Assembly: GCA_039589355.1 (NCBI GenBank)
Contig: JBDHHM010000014.1
Span: 1 to 34,610 of the forward strand
Reading direction: 5' to 3'
DNA length: 34,610 nucleotides
Source: Gemmatimonadota bacterium
Lineage (GTDB): Bacteria; Gemmatimonadota; Gemmatimonadetes; Palauibacterales; KS3-K002
Shown here: one piece after another, positions 24,901-33,438 of the stretch
Layout: each line of letters starts with the position of its first letter
Numbering within the stretch: the stretch's first letter is position 1
The notes under the pieces: model-generated
Database searches by the model: none
What the model saw: the letters and a program-made list of their open reading frames with translations, nothing else
What the model was told of the DNA's origin: nothing
Position numbers and translations under genes: made by a program

Positions 24901-25347
24901 GAAGGGGAAGAGGACGCTCGAGGCGGATGAGATGGCTACACCCGCAGGCTGGAAGACATCGCAGAGCGCCAGCTCGAAGCTGCCGCGGCCTGTGTAGATT
25001 GCGGTCGCTTCCGGGCCCGACTCGTCTCTTATCTTACTGAGGTTCTCGACGATGATCTCGAATGCGTCGTCCCAGCCGATGCGCTCGAACTCGTGCGTGC
25101 CCTTGAGGCCCACACGGCGCATCGGGTACTGGAGCCGATCGGGGTCGTGCACGATCTCCGATGAGTGAGCGCCGTTGGTGCAGATCATCCCCAGCGGGTG
25201 ATCCTGCGGCCGCACGCCCGCTATCCGCCCGGCCTCCAGGGTGACGGTCACCCAGCAACCGGCGGGGCAGATGCCGCAGAGGCCATCTCGCTCTTCGATG
25301 CGAGCACGCTTGGCCGCCTCACGACGGCTCATGGTGGCCTTATGCAT
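21922..25347 (-). CDS. Fusion of molybdo/tungsto-pterin oxidoreductase module and NifS/IscS-type cysteine desulfurase (metallopterin-dependent ergothioneine synthase-like)
   Basis: Single 1141-aa ORF. Residues about 1-745 carry the CGICPAGC [4Fe-4S] motif and bis-MGD family layout. Residues about 757-1141 carry VYLDHNATTP, SSHKIHGPKG (PLP lysine) and SSGSACKSG (catalytic cysteine). The junction is near nt 23079. The ATG lies 3 nt after the egtD-like stop codon. Confidence 0.85.
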   Translation of the reverse strand: MHKATMSRREAAKRARIEERDGLCGICPAGCWVTVTLEAGRIAGVRPQDHPLGMICTNGAHSSEIVHDPDRLQYPMRRVGLKGTHEFERIGWDDAFEIIVENLSKIRDESGPEATAIYTGRGSFELALCDVFQPAGVAISSASSVLFPFGSPNTLGVGALCYVSFAMIAPHVTFGEYYHTMDHDIENAELIVIWGANPATDSPPLAHEQIKRAVLRGAEVVCIDPQRNHTAREVDAEWIPIRPGTDGALALGMINLLIEEELHDEEFVKHWTVGFDELAQYVQHYRPEVVEEITGVPAAKVVELARRIARARGACPIMYTGLEYSDSGVQAIRAVFTLWALAGQLDVPGGLAIRMRENQFPINRAGLIPNPNVKKALGRDRFPVYSMYRGESHAIALPDSVLKGEPYKIRGLIVLGGSIITAWPESQVWRDTLSALDFLVTINRHHTADSAYADIVLPATTMYEITSYMTYGPIFKIREKLTEPVGEARNDYLILTELADRLGYGDSYPRTEEDLLRHVLEGSGFTLEDVREAGGEVQIPTAMMQYKKWEKGMLREDGEPGFATPSGKFEIASSILEEHGYDALPVYTEPGEGPLVQPALAESHPLVFNSGARIFADFRTQHHGVQGLSRKAPVPQVTMNTRDAAERGIESGDWVWVATPRGRVRFQARVTADIVEGAIDANMGGGGPLGSKEWQECNVNDLTDLSRYDPISGFPVYKALLCEVVRAEGSNGSGRVAEDESEAVVEIARPQKPRRRVYLDHNATTPVDPEVLETILPFLEEEYGNPSSIHSRGVEARDAVEAARRKVAQALNCTARRIVFTGGGSESDNLAIKGVAFAKRDAGNHIITSTVEHPAVLQTCESLKEFGFEITCLDVDSDGMVHPQALAGAITPQTILVSLMMANSEVGTINPIAELAHVARQNGALFHTDAVQGLGKLPIDVAELGVDLLSVSSHKIHGPKGVGALYVRQGVELSPVIHGGGQERKLRAGTENVPGIVGFGKACELGTRRLNHREPERVRELRDRLEAGIRQIVPAAKLNGHATQRLPNTLNMTLPEMRGESLALFLDRHGVFFSSGSACKSGNPEPSHVLVAMGLSDEDAHCAIRMSLGVGNTDEDIDYVLASLAEVIGDRQSGVRFVGCR

Positions 25348-25350
25348 GGA

Positions 25351-26400
25351 TCATCGAGTTGCCGACGGATAGGCGGCGCGGATCAGCGTGTCGTCGGTGC
25401 GCTCGAGGAGCAGGAGCGCGAACCATTTCTTCTCGTCGGTGAAAACGCGCTTGAGGTCGAAGCCGAACGCGGCCAACTCGCGCTGCAACTTCGACAGGCG
25501 GTACTTGCGGCTGATCTCGATCATAATGCGCTCGCCGCTGCCTATCTCGAAGGTCTGGTCGAGCGGTTCGACGTGAAGCTGTTGGTGCGTATGGAAGCGC
25601 GCGTAGATCTCGATGCGCTCGAGCACTGGATTCCAAACCGCGTGATGCTTGATCTGTGAGAGGTCGAGCGCGGCGCCCAGCTCGCGATTGATGCGGGCGA
25701 AGTAGTTGTTCGTGAACCTCGCGGTGACTCCGGCAGCATCGTTGTACGCCGCCTCCACGACGTCGACATCCTTCACCAGGTCAACGCCGAGCAGGAAGAA
25801 ATCGCCCGCCGGGAGATGGTCGGCGACGCTGCGCCAGAATGACGTGGTCTCCGCCTCGTTGAAGTTGCCGATGCTGCTGCCGAGGAAGATGAGTATCTGT
25901 GGCGACAGCTGGCGCAGCACGGGGAAGGCGCTGCGATAGGTCCCATTGATCCCGGTAAAATCGACGTCCGCGAAGCTCTCGGCGATGGACCGGCTCGCCG
26001 CAAGCAGCGCGCTACCGCTCACGTCCACCGGGACGTAACGCACCGGTTCTTCGCCACGGGAATAGGCGGAGAGCAGATACTCGGTCTTTACCGAGTAGCC
26101 GGAGCCCAGCTCGACCAGGGTGACCGGGCCGGTGAACCGCCGGATCTCGGCGGCGTGCTCCGCCAGGATGCCCGCCTCGGTGCGCGTCGGGTAGTACTCG
26201 GGCTGCCGGGTGATCTCCTGGAACAGTCGGCTACCCTCGGCGTCGTAGAGGAACCGGCAGTGGAGCCATTTCGGTTCATCGCTCAGCCCGGCAGCCACAG
26301 ATCTCGCGAACGCCTGCAGGGACTCGCTGGTGCCCGGGGCCTGCACGAGTACGGCGCCGGATCCGACGGCTTCCTGGAAGCGGGTCGGGAAATCAGACAT
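25351..26400 (-). CDS. egtD: L-histidine N-alpha-methyltransferase (EgtD/EanA type)
   Basis: Motifs FLYDAEGSRLFQEITRQPEYYPTRTEAGIL, LVELGSGYSVKT, YVPVDVS and FLGSSIGNF. Confidence 0.85.
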   Translation of the reverse strand: MSDFPTRFQEAVGSGAVLVQAPGTSESLQAFARSVAAGLSDEPKWLHCRFLYDAEGSRLFQEITRQPEYYPTRTEAGILAEHAAEIRRFTGPVTLVELGSGYSVKTEYLLSAYSRGEEPVRYVPVDVSGSALLAASRSIAESFADVDFTGINGTYRSAFPVLRQLSPQILIFLGSSIGNFNEAETTSFWRSVADHLPAGDFFLLGVDLVKDVDVVEAAYNDAAGVTARFTNNYFARINRELGAALDLSQIKHHAVWNPVLERIEIYARFHTHQQLHVEPLDQTFEIGSGERIMIEISRKYRLSKLQRELAAFGFDLKRVFTDEKKWFALLLLERTDDTLIRAAYPSATR

Positions 26401-26799
26401 GGGCTTGCAAGATAGGGTCAGGATTGACTCATTGCCAACGATCTGGTTGCCTTCCCATCCCTCTCAATGCAGACGGCGAGCCGAGAGTTCCCGGTGAACA
26501 GATGTGTGTTATGAGGAATCATAAGCGTTACAAGAGATCGCTGTTGGGCTGAGGCTCGGCCCTGGGGTTCCCGCCACTCCGGAGTTTCGAGCCGTGGTTC
26601 TTCTGTCTCCTACGGTTACGCCTGCCAGTAGTGGCGGCGTCCAGCCGGCCTTCCTCGCCCATACGCTCTCAGAGATCCGTTGACCGGGCATTCCGGGGAT
26701 GCCCCGCTGGTGGTGTCGTCGGAGTCTGCGCCTGAGCCCTCCGCTCGGCGGGACCCGGTCCGGGCGCTCGTTGGACGTCAGGGGCTCGGAGGGACCGCC

Positions 26800-27042
26800 A
26801 TGGAGAAACATCAAGTCGACATATTGCGCTCGGGCTTCCTCACCGATGGTCGCTTCTTCAGCATCGAGGCCGGCCGCATTAAGGGCGGCAGCTGGGGCGC
26901 CTGGATGGTGTGCGTGCCGTCTGAGGCCGAAATCCCTCAGGACGAAACACACGCGCTGCATGTTGCGGGCCGCAAGGAACTACTTCGCAGATGGGCAGAG
27001 GACCTCAGCGAGGAAGAGATAGAGGGTCTTGCGGAAATATGA
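26800..27042 (+). CDS. Hypothetical 80-aa protein
   Basis: ATG 26800 is preceded by GGAGGGA. The acidic C-terminus is plausible for a real protein. The upstream part of ORF 26680.. lacks coding character. Confidence 0.4.
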   Translation: MEKHQVDILRSGFLTDGRFFSIEAGRIKGGSWGAWMVCVPSEAEIPQDETHALHVAGRKELLRRWAEDLSEEEIEGLAEI

Positions 27043-27078
27043 GCCTGGTCCTACGTGCGGCCTGGAAAGCCCACCCGT

Positions 27079-28272
27079 CTACCAGCCGACCTTCTCCACG
27101 GTGACGCCGCGGGCCGCGTCGGTAATAAACTCATCGGCCTTGCGACCGTAGAGCCTGTCGTAGTTCTCCGTGACGTAGCTCAAGAAATCATCGACCAGCG
27201 CAGCGGTGACCAGGTTGACCGTGCAGCCGCCGAAACCGGCGCCGGTCAGCCGCGCACCAATTATCCCGGACGCCTGGCGCGCCAGCTCGACCAGCCCGTC
27301 CAGTTCCTCTGAGCTGACCTGGTAGTCGTCGCGCAGCGAGCGGTGCGATGCGAACATGAGCTCGCCAAAACGCTCGGTCTCGTTGGCCTCGAGGGCTGCC
27401 GCGGCCAGCTGGACGCGCTCGATCTCGCCGACGACGTGGCGGGTGCGCCGGTCGAGCGGCGGCGACAGATGGCGGAGCAGCGACTGGAGTTGCTCGGCCT
27501 CCACATCGCGTAGCGAGCGGATATCGTCGTCGAGCACGTTCAAACGGCTTACTGCCTCCTCGCATTCGCGCCGCCTGTCGTTGTACTCCGAGTCGCGAAG
27601 TTGGCGCTGGACGCCGGTGCAGAGGACGACGATCCGCATGGCCGATGGCAAGGGCAGATGGCGGATTCCCAGGGTGCGGCAGTCGAGGAGAAGGGCCTTG
27701 CCGGGCAGAGCGCAGGCTGCGGTGACCTGATCCATTATCCCGCATTGGACGCCGACGAAGCTGTTCTCGGCCGTCTGGCTGAGCTGTGCGAGCTTGAGCT
27801 CGGGGAGGTCCAGCCCGGAAGCCTGGCGGAACGCTGCGGCGAAGGCGACTTCGAGGGCGGCGGAAGAGGAGAGGCCGCCGCCGATGGGGATGTTTCCAGC
27901 CACGGCGGCGTCGAGGCCGCTGAGCGGCAGGCCTGCCTGAGCGATCGCCCAGGCGACACCCGCCGGGTAGGCCGCCCAGCCGCCGACCGAGCCGGGGGTC
28001 AGCTCGGAGATGTCGAACTCGGCCGTCTCGTCAAAGTGCTCGGCGTAGATGTGAACGCGTCGATCGTCGCGGGGCGTGAAGGCGACGGCGATCTCGAGAT
28101 CCACGGCGACCGGAAGCACGAGACCATCGTTGTAATCCACGTGGCCGCCGATCAGGTTCACGCGGCCGGGAGCGCGGCTCAGGAATTCCGGCCGGCGCTC
28201 TAGTGCCTTCTCGAAAGCCGAGCGGGCGAGTTCGAGTGGTGTCTGTTCTTCTGCGGGTTCTGTCGTTGACAT
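27079..28272 (-). CDS. galK: Galactokinase
   Basis: GRVNLIGGHVDYNDG galactokinase signature. GHMP ATP motif PIGGGLSSSAALEVA. C-terminal GAGFGGC. Confidence 0.9.
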   Translation of the reverse strand: MSTTEPAEEQTPLELARSAFEKALERRPEFLSRAPGRVNLIGGHVDYNDGLVLPVAVDLEIAVAFTPRDDRRVHIYAEHFDETAEFDISELTPGSVGGWAAYPAGVAWAIAQAGLPLSGLDAAVAGNIPIGGGLSSSAALEVAFAAAFRQASGLDLPELKLAQLSQTAENSFVGVQCGIMDQVTAACALPGKALLLDCRTLGIRHLPLPSAMRIVVLCTGVQRQLRDSEYNDRRRECEEAVSRLNVLDDDIRSLRDVEAEQLQSLLRHLSPPLDRRTRHVVGEIERVQLAAAALEANETERFGELMFASHRSLRDDYQVSSEELDGLVELARQASGIIGARLTGAGFGGCTVNLVTAALVDDFLSYVTENYDRLYGRKADEFITDAARGVTVEKVGW

Positions 28273-28338
28273 GTCTCCGGCACCGCTCTAGTCTCGGATC
28301 TGATCGGTCGCCTGTCCCGCGCCCCTAGCCCTTTGGCT

Positions 28339-30381
28339 ATGAACCTGTTCCGGACCTCTTTTCGCCGCCCGCTCGCGACTGCGGCCCTCGCGCTCTGGGC
28401 ATGCGTGCTGCCGGTCGCGGCAGGCGCGGCAGAGCCGCAGGCCGCCGCCTCGCAGGTGCGTCGCCTCGAGGTCCTCATCGTCTTCTATACCCGCTCCTTC
28501 TCGCAACAGCTGACGCGCGAGCAACTGGAGCGGGTCCACGAGGAGGTCCTCGAGTTCGTCGAACTCTATCGCACCGCGGCCGGCGACGCGGTGGACTTCC
28601 GTATCTCGCTTTTGCAGATCGACCGCGAGCTGGCCCGTGCCGAGGTCTCGGAGGTTGCTCCCGGCCGCTACTACCTGGCGCGCGAAGACATCGAGGACCA
28701 GCTCGTCGCGCTCGGTATGCTCGGCCACGAGTTCGACGAAGTGATCGCCCTCTACGCCTGGAACAACGCCAACCCAGAGGGCGCAACGCTCGCCTACGGC
28801 GGCGGCGCCGTCGGCCCCGACGGGGTCTTCCTGGGCGACGCCGGCTACAACTCGATCGGCGTCTTTGCCTGGGACCCTGGCCGCATCTCGCAGATCTTGA
28901 TCCACGAGGTGCTCCACAACATCGACGATATGTTCTCGAAGAGCGGCATGCCCGACGGCTTCCTCAACTCCGACGAGATGAGCCGCAACATGCCGACCCT
29001 GCTTGCAGAGCGGCCGGGCATCTTCCTCCCGCACTATGATGATGACGGCATGTTAAGGTACGCCGAGCGGGAGCGTGCCAACAGGGCGACATATCCGTGG
29101 GCCATGCAACTTGTCTACTACGGCTGGATGCTGCAGCGGACGCCGAGCGAGGCGTGGCTCGACCTCGATTACGGAAGCGTCGTCGACTCGGGCGAGCGTG
29201 CCCGTGGGGCGCGGCCGCTCTACGAGCGCATCTTCTTGAGCCGGGCCAACGAACGGGTGTACCTGCCCGTGGTCGCCGGGGGCGAGGCACCGCCGACTGT
29301 TGACGCCGCCGGCCGGGAGGCTCCGCTCGAGCGGCGTTCCTACCGACACACCGACTCCGACGGCAGCACGTTGTTCGAGGGCACGTACTACTCCGCCTGG
29401 CTCGATCTGTCCGGGTCCGCTGGCCCGCTGTCGGTGACAGTGGGAGCCGGAACGTCGGAGATCGTGCCGATCGGTATCGGCGAGCTGGTCGCGCCGAGCC
29501 GGGTCGTCACGCACGCCCGGCGCATCGTGTCAGCGGTTGAGGGGGATACCGTGGCCTTCGAGACGGCCGTAGCCGGCCCGGCGTCCGAGGGTGTGCTGCT
29601 CGTCGAGGCGCGGCAAGCACGCTTCGGCGGATCGGGCCCCGTGGCCAACGGTGCGACGCTGGGCGTGCTGATCGGAGAGGACACGCTTCCGCTCGACCAA
29701 GTCGAGCCGGGTCACTTCGCTTTCGACGTGTCGCGCCTCGAGATGGGGCTGCACGAGCTCATCCTCACAGCCGCTGCGCCCGAGCTCGTCTTCGTCCCGC
29801 GTGCGGTCCGCGTCGAGCGCCGCTCACCCTTGCGCATCTGGGCCGAGGGCCTGCTGACAACCGGGGTCGGCACACCACTCGACGTTACGATCCGCATAGC
29901 TCAGGACATGGGCGCGCAGGGCGCGAGAGTCACCGCCCGGGTCGGCGACCGTGACCTGGAGCTTCGCGAGCTGCCCGACGGGCGCTACAGCGCTGTGGTG
30001 GATGAAGGCCTGCTGCCGGGGCTCGATACGATCCGGGTCCGGGCCGAACTACCGGCGGAGGGCGGCTACGAGATCCTCGAGAGCTCGATCCCTGTCTACG
30101 TCGAGCCGCGTGGGTGGATCGAGGTGCCGCGCCGCATCGGCGCGCAGGCAGGAGAGATCGTCACCCTCGAGGCGCGGGTCCGCGATCGTATGGGGCGCGT
30201 CGTCGAGGGCGCGAACCTCGCGATCGCAGTCGTCATCGGGCCCGATCTCCTGACGATGCCGGAGGAAGAGCCGGGCGTGTACCGCGTTCGCTTCGCGCCG
30301 CCGCCCGGCGACCATCGCGTCTACGTGATCGGACTGGAAGGGAGCTTCGAGCGCCGTGTGGTGTCGCTGCAGGTCCGCTAG
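28339..30381 (+). CDS. Secreted hypothetical protein with HExxH motif and C-terminal beta-sandwich-like repeats
   Basis: Signal peptide (RRPLATAALALWACVLPVAAGAAEP). ILIHEVLHNID motif. Repetitive V/R/E-rich C-terminal third. The ORF also opens at TTG 28333. Confidence 0.65.
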   Translation: MNLFRTSFRRPLATAALALWACVLPVAAGAAEPQAAASQVRRLEVLIVFYTRSFSQQLTREQLERVHEEVLEFVELYRTAAGDAVDFRISLLQIDRELARAEVSEVAPGRYYLAREDIEDQLVALGMLGHEFDEVIALYAWNNANPEGATLAYGGGAVGPDGVFLGDAGYNSIGVFAWDPGRISQILIHEVLHNIDDMFSKSGMPDGFLNSDEMSRNMPTLLAERPGIFLPHYDDDGMLRYAERERANRATYPWAMQLVYYGWMLQRTPSEAWLDLDYGSVVDSGERARGARPLYERIFLSRANERVYLPVVAGGEAPPTVDAAGREAPLERRSYRHTDSDGSTLFEGTYYSAWLDLSGSAGPLSVTVGAGTSEIVPIGIGELVAPSRVVTHARRIVSAVEGDTVAFETAVAGPASEGVLLVEARQARFGGSGPVANGATLGVLIGEDTLPLDQVEPGHFAFDVSRLEMGLHELILTAAAPELVFVPRAVRVERRSPLRIWAEGLLTTGVGTPLDVTIRIAQDMGAQGARVTARVGDRDLELRELPDGRYSAVVDEGLLPGLDTIRVRAELPAEGGYEILESSIPVYVEPRGWIEVPRRIGAQAGEIVTLEARVRDRMGRVVEGANLAIAVVIGPDLLTMPEEEPGVYRVRFAPPPGDHRVYVIGLEGSFERRVVSLQVR

Positions 30382-31171
30382 GAGCGCGAGTGCCGCGCTG
30401 GTCTTAGCACTCGTCGCCTACGCGCTCGCGTCCGCGATGACGGACGCGGCGCGCCGTGGCGCTCCCCGCGTCGCCGTCGCGCCCTTCCTCACCTTCGAGC
30501 TACAACTCGACGGCGAGCTCTCCGAGTGGGAGGACGTGCCGGGGATCTCCTTCGACTCGTCCAGCTACCTGCTGACCGACACGGCGCTCTACGATGGGAA
30601 CGCCGACCTTAGCGGTGCGATCCAGTTCGTTTGGGACACGACCTGCTTGTATGTCGCGGGGCGTTTCGCCGACGATCGGCTCATCGGCGGCGCGGCTTGG
30701 ACGAGCGATCGCGTGAACCTCGTCTTCGACTTTCTCGGGGATAACCACCCGCTGAGTTACGAGGGCGAAGCGCCCGACGCTTCGCGCTGGCAGCCGGACG
30801 ATCAGTGGGTCTACGGCCACATCGTCGGCGATGGCGAGCCGCCTTACCCGGTCATGAGACTCGCCAACGACTACCACGGGCCGGTCGACGGTGCGCAGTT
30901 GGTGTCGCGCTCGGTCGAGGCGGGCTGGACGTTCGAGATGCGGGTCCCCTGGGCCGGGCTGCCTGAGGCGCTACCGTTCGTGGGAGCGGTCTTCGGGATG
31001 CAGATCTTTCTGAGTGACGGCGACGGCGTCGGCCGGCTGACCGAGATCATGTGGAGCGAGCGCTGGGGTCACTCGCGGGAGGTCGGTCTTATGTGGGAGC
31101 TCTGGAAGATGGGCAGACTGGTGCTCACGGGTGAGCCGTTGATACTGGAGCCGCCGGGAGGGAGCGGGTAA
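30356..31171 (+). CDS. Putative secreted carbohydrate-binding (CBM9/DOMON-like) protein
   Basis: N-terminal hydrophobic signal-like segment. LDGELSEWEDVPG and LYVAGRFADD resemble family-9-type binding modules. It overlaps the upstream gene by 26 nt. Confidence 0.5.
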   Translation: MWCRCRSARSASAALVLALVAYALASAMTDAARRGAPRVAVAPFLTFELQLDGELSEWEDVPGISFDSSSYLLTDTALYDGNADLSGAIQFVWDTTCLYVAGRFADDRLIGGAAWTSDRVNLVFDFLGDNHPLSYEGEAPDASRWQPDDQWVYGHIVGDGEPPYPVMRLANDYHGPVDGAQLVSRSVEAGWTFEMRVPWAGLPEALPFVGAVFGMQIFLSDGDGVGRLTEIMWSERWGHSREVGLMWELWKMGRLVLTGEPLILEPPGGSG

Positions 31172-31172
31172 G

Positions 31173-33438
31173 ATGGCCGATCCGCTGCAGCTGCTGGGGC
31201 GTACCGACAAGTTCTACCTGGGCTCGGGGAGCGGTATCATCTTCGCGCCGCGCTTTCCGCGCTGGCTCGAGTACCCCGGCTTCTGGGATGACATCGACGT
31301 CTACCACTACCAGCTCGCACCGCTCTTCACCGTCACGCTGCTCAGCGAGCGCGAGGACGCGCCCGGCGGTCCGGTGGTGCTGCGGCAGCTGAGCCGCCGC
31401 TGGTCGCCGGCCGAACTGGTCTGCGAGTACAAGTCGGAGGACGGCCTGCACGCCTGGGAGCACCGCTCGGTCGTGCCCGGCGGCTGGTTCGTGTCGGAGT
31501 GGAGCCTGCACAACTCGAGCGGTGCGGATCGGACGCTGCTGGCGGTGGCATGGACGGTCCAGGACGCCGACGGCGTCGACCTGGGCACGGTGGAAGCGGA
31601 GGCCGGGGCGGTGCGTTTCCGCTGCGCCGTCCAGGATCTGCACATCCATCGCGTCGGCGTCGATGTGGCGCTGGAGGCGCCGATCGATGCGATCGCCGGT
31701 TGCGCCCACCTGGCGGAACGCTCGAGCTTCGACCCGCGCTGGGAGTTCACGCCGTTCCCGGAGAGCTGGCGTCACCGCCTCGAGACGTCCGTTCGGATCG
31801 CCGGCGTCAGCCAGGCGGGCGCGCTCTACGCGGCTGCGGTATCGCGCGTGAAGGTTCCGGCCGGCGGCGCGGCGACGGCAACGCTTCGCGCCCGGGTCAG
31901 AGCGGAGAACGCCCGTGACGTTCAGATGACCAGCCCGCTCGCCGGCCACCTCAGAGAACACGCGCCGCCGCCCCCGCCGATCTCGGACGTCGAGCCGCCG
32001 GTCGGGGCTGAGCCCGGTGCGGTGAGCCGCGTCGGATGGACCGCCTACTTCCGCTCGGTGCCCGAGTTCTCGTGCTCCGATCCCTACCTCGAGGGCTACT
32101 GGTACTACCGCTGGTATGGGCTGCAGCTCTGCAGCCACGAAGGCGGCGTGGCGAACCATCCCTATCCGGGCTGCTGCGAGGGGACCGGCTACTTCCACGT
32201 GCCCATCGCCTACAGCGCACAGTGTCACGCCCGCGAGCTGCGCTGGCTGCCCGACCCGGCGTGGGCGCGCGGGGTCGTCTTGAACTTCCTAGCCCACCAG
32301 AAAGAGAGCGGCGAGTTCCACGGTCGTGTCTACGTGAACCACCTGGCGCACACCGATTTCTACTTCGCGAACTGGGGCGACGCGGTGCTCGCAGTCGATG
32401 CGGTGCACCCCGACGATTCGTATCTGCGGGCCGTCTACGATCCGCTGGCACGCTACGCCGAATGGCTGGCCCGCGAGCGGGACGCCGACGACACCGGTCT
32501 CTACGACGTCATCGATCACTACGAGACCGGCCAGGAGTACATGAGCCGCTACATGGCGGTGAGCGATGAGGCCGATAGCGAGGCGTGGGGCAGGAAGATT
32601 CGCCTCAAGGGCGTCGACGTGACGGTGTACGCCTATCAGCTACAGCGCGCGCTGGCGACGATCGCCGACCGGCTCGGCGACCCCAATGGCGTGAAGCGCT
32701 GGGAGAGCGTCGCCGACCGGACCGGCGACGCGATCATGGGTCTCATGTGGGACGAGAGCACGTTGATGTTCCACGATATCGAGCCGGGGACTATGGAGCG
32801 GACGCAGGCCAAGGCTGCGATTCACTTCTATCCCTTTTTCACCGACCTCGTCGGGCCCGAGCAAGTCGAGGGGCTGCGCTCGCACCTCCTGAACCCGGAA
32901 GAGTTCTGGACGATCTATCCCGTGCCGTCCAGCAGCGTCGATGACCCGTACTTCAGTCCCGACGCCGAGTGGAGGGGGAAGCGGCACAACTGCCCCTGGA
33001 ACGGTCGAGTCTGGCCGATGGCGAACTCGCACGTCGCGGAAGCGCTTGCCAGGGTAGCGATCGAGCACGATCCCGGGCTACGCGATCGGGCGGTGGAGCT
33101 TGATGTTCCACGACGGTGACCCGGCGCGGCCGAACTGCTACGAGCACTACAACCCGGAGACCGGCACACCTTGCCTCTACCGCGGCTTCGACGACTACCA
33201 GCACTCCTGGGTGAACGATCTCATAGTGAAGTACGTAGTAGGCTTCCGCCCCCAAGGCGGTGATTCGTTCATCGTGGACCCGTTCCCCTTCGAGATCGAA
33301 TCGTTCCGCCTGGCGCGGCTCCCCTTCCGCGGCCACCAGGTGGGGGTCGAGTTCAGGGAGACGCGATTCAGGGTCCGGCTCGACGGCGAGGTCATCGCCG
33401 AGTCGTGGATCGGTGAGCCGGTGGAGATCGGGCTCTAA
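31173..33438 (+). pseudogene. (alpha/alpha)6-barrel glycoside hydrolase (GH63/MGH1-like), interrupted by a +1 frameshift near 33095-33105
   Basis: ORF 31173..33119 ends in ...RDRAVELDVPRR*. The expected C-terminus (MFHDGDPARPNCYEHYNPETG...WVNDLIVKYVVGF) continues in the next frame at 33100..33438. The combined length is not a multiple of 3. Confidence 0.65.

Noticed and set aside
26509-26961. 150-aa minus-strand ORF and the N-terminal 40 codons of the 26680 plus-strand ORF
   Set aside because: Neither has a ribosome-binding site or a motif, and the amino-acid composition is atypical. Only the 80-aa segment from ATG 26800 (GGAGGGA upstream) looks plausibly coding.
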